Shown: positions 1 through 10,079 of the stretch, one piece after another
Position numbering within the stretch: the first letter of the stretch is position 1
Layout of the letters: each line of letters starts with the position of its first letter
Origin: Lachnospiraceae bacterium
Lineage (GTDB): Bacteria > Bacillota > Clostridia > Lachnospirales > Lachnospiraceae
DNA: 64,000 nucleotides
NCBI GenBank assembly: GCA_014804355.1
Contig: JAAUZY010000006.1
Span: 25,267 to 89,266 of the forward strand
Reading direction: 5' to 3'
Translations under genes and position numbers: made by a program
The notes under the pieces: model-generated
Database searches by the model: none
Told to the model about the DNA's origin: nothing
What the model saw: only the letters and a program-made list of their open reading frames with translations

Positions 1-1
1 C

Positions 2-1066
2 GTGGAGAAAAAGGAGATTTTCGCCCATTTCCTGCCGGAACGTGAGATTCTGTCGGTCAAACCGCACGGCAGCGGGCATATCAATCACACTTTTCTCGTG
101 ACAACAGAGGATGGACGTAAGTTTATCCTGCAGAAAATCAATACGGAGATTTTCCGCAATACGTATGAGCTGATGGAAAATATTGTGAATGTGACCGCAT
201 ATCTTCGGGAGAAAATCATTCAAGCGGGCGGTGATCCCGAGCGGGAGACTATGACCGTGATTCCGACTATGACCGGCACATCATACTACACCGATGCCCA
301 GGGACAGGACTGGCGGGTCTATCTTTGCATCGAACATATAACGACTTTAGACCGGGTGGAGCGGAAAGAAGACTTCTACGAGAACGGCCGGGCTTTCGGA
401 AATTTTCAGGCGATGCTGGTGGACTATCCTGCAGAAACGCTGCATGAGACGATTCCGGACTTTCACAATACGCCGAAACGCTATCAGGATTTTGAGCGGG
501 CGGTGGAACAGGACGTGTGCCGCAGAGCGGACAGTGTGGCGGAGGAGATCAGTTTTATCAGAGCGCACAGGAATGAGATGTCCGTTCTTACGGACATGCA
601 GAAACGGGGCGAGCTGCCGCTTAGAATTACGCACAATGATACGAAGCTTAACAATATTTTGCTGGATGAGCAGACCCATGCGGCGGTCTGCATCGTGGAT
701 CTGGATACGATTATGCCGGGATTGTGCGCCTATGACTTCGGGGATGCGATCCGTTTCGGAGCCAGTACTGCGGCGGAAGATGAGACGGATGTGAGTAAAG
801 TGTCTCTTTCGCTGGAATTATACGAAGCGTATGCTCGGGGCTATCTGGCAGGGTGCGGTGCCAGTCTGACGGAGAAAGAGATCGAGATGCTTCCTATGGG
901 TGCTAAGATTATTACGCTGGAGCAGGGCATGCGTTTCCTGACGGACTATTTGCAAGGGGACGTCTATTACCATACGGAGCGTGAGGGACAGAATCTGGAC
1001 CGTTGCCGGACACAGTTTGCGCTTGTGGCTGATATGGAACGGAAGTGGGAGCAGATGCGGTTGTGA
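2..1066 (+). CDS. APH/choline-kinase-like phosphotransferase, N-acetylhexosamine 1-kinase (NahK)-like
   Basis: GSGHINHTF glycine-rich loop, FILQKIN, HNDTKLNNIL (Brenner motif), DLDT, YDFGDAIR. The start lies at the window edge and may be truncated. Confidence 0.75.
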   Translation: MEKKEIFAHFLPEREILSVKPHGSGHINHTFLVTTEDGRKFILQKINTEIFRNTYELMENIVNVTAYLREKIIQAGGDPERETMTVIPTMTGTSYYTDAQGQDWRVYLCIEHITTLDRVERKEDFYENGRAFGNFQAMLVDYPAETLHETIPDFHNTPKRYQDFERAVEQDVCRRADSVAEEISFIRAHRNEMSVLTDMQKRGELPLRITHNDTKLNNILLDEQTHAAVCIVDLDTIMPGLCAYDFGDAIRFGASTAAEDETDVSKVSLSLELYEAYARGYLAGCGASLTEKEIEMLPMGAKIITLEQGMRFLTDYLQGDVYYHTEREGQNLDRCRTQFALVADMERKWEQMRL

Positions 1067-1140
1067 GAGAGGATTTACGATAGTGAAACCGGGTGACGAC
1101 GCGGCTACAGAATACAGTAAAGGAAGTGAACGAAAATTTC

Positions 1141-1737
1141 ATGAATGACTTTCGGCGTATTATGATTGCCATTATCAGGGCAGGAATTTTTCTGGCAGCC
1201 TGTAACGGCAGGAATGGGGAAGAAGAGGAGCAGGAGATTCAGTCCGAAACGCAGGCGGAAATTACATTATCGGATATTGCATGGGACGATTACAACAGCG
1301 GGAATGTATGGGACACATGGCTATATTTTTGTTTCAGCGACGGTACGGTGGTTGACAAAGAACTGCCATATATGAGCATGGTTCAAAAAGCTGATTATGC
1401 GGATATTACAGGGGACGGAACGGATGAAGTACTTATTTATAGATATTTCGCGAATACGGCAACGGAATATACATTAATAAATTTTTTTCAAATAGAAGAA
1501 AATAGCGTGACAGAGATATCACCCGAGTTAGAACTTGAGGAACTGGCAGATGATGTGTGGAATGTAATTGATGTGGATTTTTCTGAGGAAGAGTATGATA
1601 TGCCTGTATTTACGATGGAATCTTATGTGAAAGAGAATATGGTGACCTATGCAGATAAAAGAGTGTTGGTCGGATACCAGGATGGCGGGTGGCAGATACT
1701 AGAGAGGCAGACTTATGATTACAAATCTGGCAATTAG
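1141..1737 (+). CDS. Acidic lipoprotein of unknown function
   Basis: Basic N-region followed by lipobox LAAC; DITGDGTDE Ca-binding-like motif. Start chosen at ATG 1141 within ORF 1093..1737. Confidence 0.6.
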   Translation: MNDFRRIMIAIIRAGIFLAACNGRNGEEEEQEIQSETQAEITLSDIAWDDYNSGNVWDTWLYFCFSDGTVVDKELPYMSMVQKADYADITGDGTDEVLIYRYFANTATEYTLINFFQIEENSVTEISPELELEELADDVWNVIDVDFSEEEYDMPVFTMESYVKENMVTYADKRVLVGYQDGGWQILERQTYDYKSGN

Positions 1738-1978
1738 TATAACGAAAAATTCACTAACAAATATATTTACAATTTCGTCAAAAATATGCTATGATATCAA
1801 AAAGCATATTTTCTACTATAACAGATCAGATCCATTCTATATTTCTAAGTTTCAGAAAATCCATGCTTTGAACCCAATTAACATTCTATAAAGCAGGAGA
1901 GTCTGGAACGGTTCTCCTGTGACGGTAATCTATCCCAGATAGGGAGGATATACCGAAATCGACGAAGGAGGACATTAG

Positions 1979-2842
1979 ATGAGTGAAACAAACATGCAAC
2001 GTAACTATAAGGACACGGTATTCCGTATGCTGTTTCGGGAGAAGGAGAATCTGCTCAGCCTTTATAATGCACTGAATCATACAACATACACGAATGTGGA
2101 CGATCTTGAGATTACAACATTGGAGAATGCCATTTATATGAATTATAAGAATGACATTTCCTTTGTGTTTGATTTTGAATTAATGCTTTATGAGCATCAG
2201 TCAACAGTGAATCCCAACATGCCGTTACGAGACCTGATTTATGTGACCAGAGTAATCCAGAGCAGGATAAAGGATGAGAATCTGTATGGCAAGTCGTATA
2301 TTAAAATACCGGCGCCAAAATTTGTGGTCTTTTATAATGGAACGGATTTACAGCCGGAACAACAGATATTGCGGTTGTCAGACGCTTATGAGAAGAAACA
2401 GGAAGAGCCGGAATTGGAACTGACAGTGACTGTGTATAATATCAACTGGGGACATAATCCTGTACTCTTAGAGGCGTGCCGTCTGTTAAAGGAATATGCG
2501 CAATATGTAGAACAGGTAAGGATATTTGCAAGGGAAGAATCTTTTTCCGAAGCGGTAGAGCATGCAGTAGATTATTGTATTGAGAAGGGGATCTTGTCGG
2601 ACTTCTTGTCTAAGAATCGAGCGGAGGCGATAGCTGTGTGTATATTTGAGTATGATGAAGAGAAGCATATGAAACAAGAGCGGGAAGAGTGGAAGAATAT
2701 AGGAAGGGAAGAGATACTGGTAAAATCTGTAGAATCGGTGATGGAAAGTTTTTGTGTTGATCTTCAGGAAGCATGCAGAAGTTTAAAGACGACCGTCAGC
2801 GAATATGAGAAGGCAAAAGAACATTTGCAATTTATTACCTAA
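1979..2842 (+). CDS. Rpn family (recombination-promoting nuclease/putative transposase) PD-(D/E)XK protein
   Basis: YKDTVFRMLF, KNDISF, YEHQSTVNPNMPLRDL, PKFVVFYNG, FEYDEEKH motifs. SD AAGGAGG lies upstream of the ATG. Confidence 0.85.
   Translation: MSETNMQRNYKDTVFRMLFREKENLLSLYNALNHTTYTNVDDLEITTLENAIYMNYKNDISFVFDFELMLYEHQSTVNPNMPLRDLIYVTRVIQSRIKDENLYGKSYIKIPAPKFVVFYNGTDLQPEQQILRLSDAYEKKQEEPELELTVTVYNINWGHNPVLLEACRLLKEYAQYVEQVRIFAREESFSEAVEHAVDYCIEKGILSDFLSKNRAEAIAVCIFEYDEEKHMKQEREEWKNIGREEILVKSVESVMESFCVDLQEACRSLKTTVSEYEKAKEHLQFIT
2636..2842 (+). CDS. Candidate nested small protein (RpnS-like antitoxin), 68 aa, in frame with the Rpn gene
   Basis: GGAGG at 2623-2627, 8 nt spacer, in-frame GTG at 2636. 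Confidence 0.45.
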   Translation: MCIFEYDEEKHMKQEREEWKNIGREEILVKSVESVMESFCVDLQEACRSLKTTVSEYEKAKEHLQFIT

Positions 2843-2869
2843 TATTATTATGCTTTAGCGCAATAGCGG

Positions 2870-2898
2870 TTGACAAAATCTATTCCTGCAACTAGAAT
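2870..2898 (+). promoter_or_regulatory. Sigma-A promoter for the proS leader
   Basis: TTGACA (2870-2875), 17 bp spacer, TAGAAT (2893-2898). Confidence 0.75.
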
Positions 2899-2964
2899 AA
2901 ATAAAAACGTAACTAATTAAGGCAGATCGCAATGATACAGAGCCGAAACAGTTACCATACGATC

Positions 2965-3195
2965 AAACGTGACGAAGAAGAGAATAGTACGGATAGGAAA
3001 CGTTTCAGAGAGAGAACCGTGGGTGGAAGGTTCTTACGGAAAATATTCGGAACCGGCCTCGGAGTCCTATGCGATAAGCACAGCGTAACACCGGCGATAA
3101 CGGTATGAGAAGCAGAGCATGAGAAGACATGTTAATTAGGGTGGTACCGCCGAGATTTCGGTCCCTTACGGGATGGAAACCTTGGCGGTTTTTAT
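2965..3195 (+). ncRNA. T-box riboswitch (Pro) with intrinsic terminator
   Basis: AGTA box, AGAGAG and GGTGGAA stem-I motifs, candidate specifier GAA-CCG (3053-3055), T-box core TTAGGGTGGTACCGC (3136-3150), terminator CCGCCGAG...CTTGGCGG-TTTTT. Lies upstream of proS. Confidence 0.9.
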
Positions 3196-3285
3196 ATGCA
3201 GCCCGCGAAGGAGAAAGGATGGCTTAACATATCATATGCGTGCCGGAATTTCGTAAATGAAACAGTAGGAAAGGAATGAGGAAAA

Positions 3286-4716
3286 ATGGCTGACAAAAAA
3301 TTAGTAGAAGCGATCACTTCCATGGAAGATGATTTCGCGCAGTGGTACACTGATGTAGTGAAAAAGGCAGAGCTGTTAGACTACACAAGCATTAAAGGGT
3401 GCATGGTGTTCAAGCCTGCAGGCTATGCGATCTGGGAACTGATTCAACAGCAGATGGACGCGATGTTTAAGGCGACAGGGGTACAGAATGTATATCTGCC
3501 TATGTTTATTCCCGAAAGTCTTCTGAATAAGGAGAAGGATCATGTGGAGGGATTTGCACCGGAAGTAGCATGGGTGACACACGGCGGTATGCAGCCTCTG
3601 CAGGAGAGATTGTGTGTCAGACCTACCTCTGAGACGCTGTTCTGCGATTATTATAAGAATGCGATACAGTCATATCGTGATCTGCCTCAGGTATGCAATC
3701 AGTGGTGTTCCGTGGTGCGTTGGGAGAAAGAGACCAGACCCTTCCTTCGGAGCCGTGAGTTCTTATGGCAGGAGGGTCATACCGCACATGCCACGGCGGA
3801 GGAAGCAGAAGAGAGAACGATACAGATGCTTAATGTGTACGCTGATTTCTGCGAGCAGGTGTTGGCCATTCCCGTGATCAAAGGCCGTAAGACGGACAAG
3901 GAAAAATTTGCGGGTGCCACAGCAACTTACACCATTGAGGCATTGATGCATGACGGTAAGGCATTGCAGTCCGGAACCAGCCATAATTTCGGAGACGGTT
4001 TTGCCAAGGCATTCGGCATTCAGTTCACGGATAAGGATAATACTTTGAAATATGTGCATCAGACTTCGTGGGGTACGACTACCCGTCTGATCGGAGCGGT
4101 TATTATGGTGCATGGTGATAATTCCGGACTTGTTCTGCCTCCCAGAATCGCACCTACCCAGATCATGATCATTCCGATCCAGCAGAAGAAGGAGGGTGTG
4201 CTGGATAAGGCTTATGAGTTAAAAGATAAGTTAAGTAACTTCCGCGTGAAAGTAGATGATGCGGATAAGAGCCCTGGCTGGAAATTCTCTGAGCAGGAGA
4301 TGCGCGGTATTCCTATCCGTGTAGAGATCGGGCCTAAGGATATTGAGGCGAACAAGTGCGTGATCTGCCGTCGTGATACGAGGGAGAAGATAGAAGTTTC
4401 TCTGGATGAACTGGAAGTTAAAGCAGGAGAAATTCTTGACAAAATGCAGACGGAAATGCTGGAGCGCGCAAGAGCACACAGAGATGAGCATACTTATGTG
4501 GCTAAGGATATGGATGAGTTCCGCAAACTGTTTACGGAGAAGTCCGGTTTTGTTAAGGCGATGTGGTGCGGAGAACAGGATTGCGAGGATAAGATCAAAG
4601 AGGAACTTGCCGTTACAAGCCGCTGTATGCCTTTTGAACAGGAAAACATCGGGGATGTGTGCGTATGCTGTGGCAAACCCGCCAAGAAAATGGTTTACTG
4701 GGGCAGGGCATATTAG
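3286..4716 (+). CDS. proS: Proline--tRNA ligase (short, archaeal/eukaryote-like type)
   Basis: [21 protein letters not shown]...[23 protein letters not shown]-terminal GRAY. Confidence 0.97.
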   Translation: MADKKLVEAITSMEDDFAQWYTDVVKKAELLDYTSIKGCMVFKPAGYAIWELIQQQMDAMFKATGVQNVYLPMFIPESLLNKEKDHVEGFAPEVAWVTHGGMQPLQERLCVRPTSETLFCDYYKNAIQSYRDLPQVCNQWCSVVRWEKETRPFLRSREFLWQEGHTAHATAEEAEERTIQMLNVYADFCEQVLAIPVIKGRKTDKEKFAGATATYTIEALMHDGKALQSGTSHNFGDGFAKAFGIQFTDKDNTLKYVHQTSWGTTTRLIGAVIMVHGDNSGLVLPPRIAPTQIMIIPIQQKKEGVLDKAYELKDKLSNFRVKVDDADKSPGWKFSEQEMRGIPIRVEIGPKDIEANKCVICRRDTREKIEVSLDELEVKAGEILDKMQTEMLERARAHRDEHTYVAKDMDEFRKLFTEKSGFVKAMWCGEQDCEDKIKEELAVTSRCMPFEQENIGDVCVCCGKPAKKMVYWGRAY

Positions 4717-4800
4717 AAATAAACTGTAGCAATGTTTAATACCATAAAAGACAGGAACTGACTGGTTGTCAGAATAATTAAGAGGAAAGAGGGTAAAGCA

Positions 4801-6000
4801 ATGAATGTATTAGTGATTAACTGTGGTTCATCTTCCTTAAAATATCAGCTGATCAACAGCGATACAGAGGAAGTGCTTGCGAAAGGACTGTGCGAGAGGA
4901 TCGGTATCGACGGCAGTGCTATTGTCCATCAGCCCGCAGGCGGAGAAAAAGTCAAGACAGAGGCGGATATGCCGAATCATACAGCGGCGGTACAGCTTGT
5001 GATCGAGAAGCTGACCGATCCGCAGGTGGGTGTGATAAAATCTCTTGACGAGATCGACGCGGTAGGACATCGTATCGTTCATGGCGGAGAGAAGTTTGCA
5101 ACATCTGTTGTGCTGAACGACGAGGTGCTGGCAGCGATTGAGCAGTGTAATGATCTGGCGCCGCTTCACAATCCGGCGAATCTGATTGGTATTAATTCCT
5201 GTAAGGAGATCATGCCGAATGTGCCGATGGTGGGTGTGTTTGATACGGCATTTCACCAGACTATGCCGAAGAAGGCATATCTGTACGGACTGCCCCTGTC
5301 CTATTACGAGAAATATAAAGTACGCCGCTATGGGTTCCATGGCACAAGCCATGATTTCGTATCGAAGCGTGCCGCACAGATTTTAGGAAAAGACATTAAA
5401 GATTTAAAGATCATTGTGTGTCATCTCGGTAACGGTGCTTCGGTATCCGCGGTAAAATATGGTGAGTCCGTAGATACTTCCATGGGGCTTACACCGTTGG
5501 AAGGTTTGATCATGGGTACCCGCTCAGGAGATTTAGATCCCGCGATCATTACTTTTATTGCCGAAAAAGAGGGAATCAGCGCGGCGGAAGTTATTAATAT
5601 CTGCAATAAGAAATCCGGTGTACTCGGTCTGTCCGGCGGCGTTTCCAGTGATTTCCGTGATCTGGCAGAGGCGGAAGCACAGGGAAATGAGGCGGCCAGG
5701 ACTGCATTGGAAACATTTGCTTATCGTGTAGCGAAATATATTGGCGCGTACGCCGCGGCGATGAACGGTGTAGACGTAATCGTGTTTACTGCCGGAGTAG
5801 GTGAGAACAATGCTGCGGCGAGGGAGCAGATCGGGGAATATATCGGTTTCCTCGGAACGAATATTAACCCGGAGAAGAACCAGATCCGGGGTGAAGAAGT
5901 GATTATCTCCGATGAGGGTGCAAAAGTCACTACGATGGTGATCCCCACCAATGAAGAGCTTGCCATTGCAAGGGAGACCGTGAGATTGGTGAAAGCATAG
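4801..6000 (+). CDS. ackA: Acetate kinase
   Basis: [56 protein letters not shown]. Confidence 0.97.
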   Translation: MNVLVINCGSSSLKYQLINSDTEEVLAKGLCERIGIDGSAIVHQPAGGEKVKTEADMPNHTAAVQLVIEKLTDPQVGVIKSLDEIDAVGHRIVHGGEKFATSVVLNDEVLAAIEQCNDLAPLHNPANLIGINSCKEIMPNVPMVGVFDTAFHQTMPKKAYLYGLPLSYYEKYKVRRYGFHGTSHDFVSKRAAQILGKDIKDLKIIVCHLGNGASVSAVKYGESVDTSMGLTPLEGLIMGTRSGDLDPAIITFIAEKEGISAAEVINICNKKSGVLGLSGGVSSDFRDLAEAEAQGNEAARTALETFAYRVAKYIGAYAAAMNGVDVIVFTAGVGENNAAAREQIGEYIGFLGTNINPEKNQIRGEEVIISDEGAKVTTMVIPTNEELAIARETVRLVKA

Positions 6001-6016
6001 AATTAAGATTAATGAT

Positions 6017-6046
6017 GAAGCGCCGGGATTGATTTTCCGGCGTTTC
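6017..6046 (+). terminator. Intrinsic terminator after ackA
   Basis: GAAGCGCCGGGA-ttgatt-TTCCGGCGTTTC hairpin followed by T-rich sequence. Confidence 0.65.
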
Positions 6047-6272
6047 GTATTGTTCGTTGTTTTATTTTGATTCTAAAAGCAGATACAATATTTTATATAA
6101 GGGTTTCGAATCAGACAGTTTCCTTAATTGCACAGTCATATGCTGCAAGGTTGAGAAACTGATTGCAGGAAATGACTTTTTGGGTATAATTAACATAAAT
6201 GAGTTTAAGGGAAAACTTATCGTGCGAGATGAGTTTTAAGGAAGAATGTAAGTTTTGATTAAAGGAGACGTT

Positions 6273-6722
6273 ATGGGTAAACGTGGAAAGAAAAAGAAGA
6301 AAGGCATGGGAATGGTTATTTTTCTAAGCCTTGTGATAATAGTGTGTGTTGTTGTTCTGATTGGGCTGGTGCGGGGAAATCTGGCAGATGGGATCAAATC
6401 TGCAGTGACTGAAAAGGTGACGGAGCAGGTCATGGAACAGGCATTCCAAAAGGCTCTGGAGAGTGTGGGTGATCCGCAGGCAGCCGCTAAGGCGAAAGAG
6501 ATTGTCAATAATATGGATGAATCGGATAAGAAGGAAGCAGAGGCAATTATCGAGAAATATGCCGACAGCGATACGCTGTCTGATGTTATGGATATTGTGG
6601 GAGATGGTGTCAACAGTGAGTCGATCTCTCAAGTGCAGGAATATCTGCAGAACAGTGTGTCCGATGAGGATATAGATAAGCTGCAGGCATTGTATGAGAA
6701 GTATAAGGATGAGATAAATTAG
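6273..6722 (+). CDS. Hypothetical single-pass membrane protein
   Basis: SD AAAGGAG; basic KRGKKKKK followed by a hydrophobic helix and an acidic helical domain. Confidence 0.7.
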   Translation: MGKRGKKKKKGMGMVIFLSLVIIVCVVVLIGLVRGNLADGIKSAVTEKVTEQVMEQAFQKALESVGDPQAAAKAKEIVNNMDESDKKEAEAIIEKYADSDTLSDVMDIVGDGVNSESISQVQEYLQNSVSDEDIDKLQALYEKYKDEIN

Positions 6723-6773
6723 AAAAACATTTATTTGTACCTTATTGTATGAATTTTTAAACTAATTGTATCA

Positions 6774-6800
6774 GCCGTCGCTATTTCCAGTAGTGGCGGC
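6774..6800 (+). repeat. 27-nt terminator-like hairpin repeat, copy 1
   Basis: GCCGTCGCTATTTCCAGTAGTGGCGGC; 24/27 identical to 15659-15685. Confidence 0.75.
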
Positions 6801-6835
6801 TTCTTTGGCTTTTGGTTTAAATTCCAAACCTCATA

Positions 6836-6895
6836 TTGACATATATTTTAGGCAATTGTAAAATAAGTATAAATTCAATTTAGGCAAACGTAAAA
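6836..6895 (+). promoter_or_regulatory. blaI-1 promoter with two repeated operator boxes
   Basis: TTGACA-17-TAAAAT; TTTAGGCAATTGTAAAA (6847-6863) and TTTAGGCAAACGTAAAA (6879-6895). Confidence 0.65.
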
Positions 6896-6919
6896 AATGA
6901 GGGAGTAAGAAGAAAATAC

Positions 6920-7297
6920 ATGAAAAGATTACCGGAATCTGAACTGGAAATTATGATGATCATATGGAAATATAACAGACCGGTCAACAGAATGGAAATT
7001 GAGGAGCACCTAAAAAAGGATGTAGCTGCACCGACTATTTTATCTTTTCTGAACCGTTTAGAAACAAAAGGTTTCGTCAGTGTGGAGAAGATCGGGAAAA
7101 TCAATTGGTATACCCCTTTAGTAAAAAAAGAGGAATATCTGCAAAAAGAAAGCAGGAATATTTTGCGGAGAATGTACCAGAATTCTTTGAAAAACTTTGT
7201 GACTGCATTATATGACGGAGAAGGACTTTCATCGCAGGACTTAGAGGATTTGAAGGCATTTATTGAAGAGAAGGGCCCGAATACGCGGACGGAATAG
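6920..7297 (+). CDS. BlaI/MecI/CopY family transcriptional repressor
   Basis: LPESELEIMMIIW, TILSFLNRLETKGFV winged helix, SLKNFVTALY. Confidence 0.9.
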   Translation: MKRLPESELEIMMIIWKYNRPVNRMEIEEHLKKDVAAPTILSFLNRLETKGFVSVEKIGKINWYTPLVKKEEYLQKESRNILRRMYQNSLKNFVTALYDGEGLSSQDLEDLKAFIEEKGPNTRTE

Positions 7298-7351
7298 CAT
7301 AGAGAAATTCGGAGGCCACAGAATAAGTAAAAATGGGGGAGTTTTGAATTC

Positions 7352-8581
7352 ATGAGGGCAAAATGGAGAAAGGCGATATGGGCAATTCTGGCACTACAGC
7401 TTTTATTGTGGCATCTTCTTTTTCTGGGAAATAATATGTGGCCGGATTATTTTGTGAACCGGGTCATAAATTATTTTGATCTGCCTTATGTGCTGTATCT
7501 TCACTGGAAAAAGCTGGCGGTATTAATCTGGCTCATCTCGGCAGCACTCGTAATGGCATTACATTATTGGAGTTATATACGGTTTCGCAGGCACTGCATC
7601 AACCGGTTAAGCATCGTTTCGGAAACAGATATCAGAGAGAGCCTTGAAGCGGCTGCTTTGGAAACGGGCTTGCAGGGAAGAAAAGGTGAAAGGTCTTTTC
7701 TTTATCGGAGTCAAGAAGCCAGAGAACCGTTTTTGATTGGTTTCAGAAAGCCGGTGCTGATATTACCGGAGCGCAGATTGCGCATGAAAAAGACGGTTAT
7801 TATGCGTATTTTGACTGGACGCTGCGGATTTGTATGGTGCAGGATTATGTCTTTGAATTAGAGGGAATCGCGGAAACGGCAGATGTTCTTCAGGCTTATA
7901 TGGCGCAGTATTCGCAGGCAGATTTTTCGGATATTCCGAAGGTAGATCTGGTTTATGGAATAAAGACAGGGCCATTGGGAACAGGTAGCGACGAAGATGC
8001 CGCTTTATCGGCAGATATAAGTGAAAATGCATATCAAGTCGATACCGGCGAGGGCGTTTTACAGGTAAGCGGTGCAGACGGGGTGTGGCAAGAGGTGCCG
8101 GTTACATTGGAAGAACTCTTTGAGAGAGGGGATGAAATGGACGGAAAACGGACAGGATGGTTTCTTGATTTTTACGGGAGAGCGTGTTGTCTGGCATGAA
8201 ATGTCAGTCTTATTCCGTACAGAAGACGGCGGGAAGTCGTGGCAGTATGTAGGCGCGGTGCCGGATATGCTCACGGAAGGTCATTCCCTGACAATGGGAG
8301 CTGCGTTTATTAATAACAGCATAGGCTTTATGACCATTCGGAGTTCGGAGGAACCGGATATCTGGCGGACGCAGGATGGTGGAAAGACGTGGGAATATCA
8401 GGAGCTTACGGAGGTGCCGGAGTATTATTCTATAGCATATGCGCCGGAAGTACATGGCGATATTTTATGTCTGTATGTAGGCATGGAGGAGTATTCGGAA
8501 TATGGCGGAACCAAAGCAAAATATGAGTCAACCGACCAAGGAAGAACATGGGAATATAAAGGACTTGTCATACGAAAATAG
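7352..8581 (+). pseudogene. Decayed M56 (BlaR1-like) sensor with C-terminal BNR/Asp-box domain
   Basis: The N-terminal part (EPFLIGFRKPVLILP) breaks before any HExxH motif. The remainder is split over two other frames (7834..8199, 8072..8581) with Asp-box motifs RTEDGGKSW, RTQDGGKTW, STDQGRTW. Confidence 0.65.
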
Positions 8582-10010
8582 CAGGGTGTCGCTTTTTTGG
8601 AAAACTGTATGGTATGTGGGGACAAGACCGGTAAATCTGGGGGTTTACAGCATCACATGGTTTCATTTGTATTTGGTCTGCCAATTTGGTGGACTACATA
8701 AGAATATTCCGATTTTGCTTCTCTGTCTGCTGTGGTGGATAGGGGTTACGGTATATGGTCTTTATCTATGGATTTGTTATAGCAGAAAAGAGATGTTAAG
8801 TGAATCATGGAGTGGTGTTTCGGAAATCAGGGCAGAAGATGTGAAGTGGTATATCAGGCGAGATGGTTACTGTCAGCTTTTCCTGAAAGATAAATCTGTG
8901 GCTACTACGAAATTGCAGGAACTTGACCATGACGAGAAGGATTTTCTGGATTTAAAATTATCGACGGTAAATGCTTTGGGAAAAAGGAAGTACAGATTGG
9001 CAGCAGGCATTTTTCTGGCTGTCGTTACGGTATATGGAAGTACTCTTGTGATAAAAAGCGCGCTGCCTTATCATGGGAAACTGTCATGGTATCTGGATGA
9101 TCTGAAGGATAAAAGAAGCGTTACACTGGTGCATGATAATATTTATGAGTCGGGCATAGACGGGATTATGAAAGATATCAAGGATAAGGTGAAGCTGCCG
9201 GAAAAATTATGTCTGGCAACGAGTTTTAATCTGCATTTTGCGCCGGATGGAACGATCCAGACGTTTGATACGATGCTGTGCGGTTTTGATGAAAACGGTG
9301 ATTTTGTGGACAGCTACTTAATAACATATAAAGCTGCCCGATCAAAGAAAATAGATATTTATATGGGTGGCGCAGATAGAGAGAATTTTGATATTGATAA
9401 AGATTTCAGACCGCTTGTTGAGGCAGTTTCCGTAATGCCGTTAAAGGAGACAGTGGCAGAATGGAGCAGGCAGAAGAACTTTGGTATCCTGTATTATGGG
9501 GCGCGTGAATGGCACAGTTCGGAAGGGATACGTTATCTGAATCATAAGGGAGAGAGCAGGATGCCATCGGCGGAGGAATATTATTTCTCGGGCTACAGTG
9601 TATCCGTATTTTGTCCGGAAGACGAATCGATTGTGCCGGTACGGTATTTATATATGGGATATCAGGATTTCCCAGAGGAAGAAGAGGGTTATATTGCAGA
9701 TTATTACCCGGAAGAATCGTCCGGTCATATGACAAATGATGATCTGACAGGAGAAGCAGGGTATATGGCGGATGATGAAACAGTGTCGGAAGAATATGTC
9801 GTAAAGAAAGGAGATACCCTTTGGAAAATCGCCGAAGAAATGTTAGGCTCTTCATTCAGATATGCGGAGATATATGAACTTAACAGAGCGACGATCGAAG
9901 AAACGGCGCAGAATAAGGGAAAAGAAGATTCCGGCGATGGATACTGGATTTTTCAGGGAACATTGTTACGAATGCCGGGGCAGAAGGTTGATGGAGAAGC
10001 TGATGGTTAG
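8502..10010 (+). CDS. Membrane protein with C-terminal LysM domain
   Basis: Hydrophobic N-terminal segments; YVVKKGDTLWKIAEEMLG...IYELN...IFQGTLLRMP. The true start is probably downstream of 8502. Confidence 0.7.
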   Translation: MAEPKQNMSQPTKEEHGNIKDLSYENSRVSLFWKTVWYVGTRPVNLGVYSITWFHLYLVCQFGGLHKNIPILLLCLLWWIGVTVYGLYLWICYSRKEMLSESWSGVSEIRAEDVKWYIRRDGYCQLFLKDKSVATTKLQELDHDEKDFLDLKLSTVNALGKRKYRLAAGIFLAVVTVYGSTLVIKSALPYHGKLSWYLDDLKDKRSVTLVHDNIYESGIDGIMKDIKDKVKLPEKLCLATSFNLHFAPDGTIQTFDTMLCGFDENGDFVDSYLITYKAARSKKIDIYMGGADRENFDIDKDFRPLVEAVSVMPLKETVAEWSRQKNFGILYYGAREWHSSEGIRYLNHKGESRMPSAEEYYFSGYSVSVFCPEDESIVPVRYLYMGYQDFPEEEEGYIADYYPEESSGHMTNDDLTGEAGYMADDETVSEEYVVKKGDTLWKIAEEMLGSSFRYAEIYELNRATIEETAQNKGKEDSGDGYWIFQGTLLRMPGQKVDGEADG

Positions 10011-10079
10011 GATGAAACAGATATTATGATGAAGGCAATGTCTGGGTCTGTATAGCAGACGGCTGGAGGTTAGTGTGGC

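Noticed and set aside
6050-6250. Long ackA downstream intergenic region and a 60-aa ORF as a possible riboswitch or small protein
   Set aside because: No recognisable riboswitch consensus, no SD, and no convincing structure.
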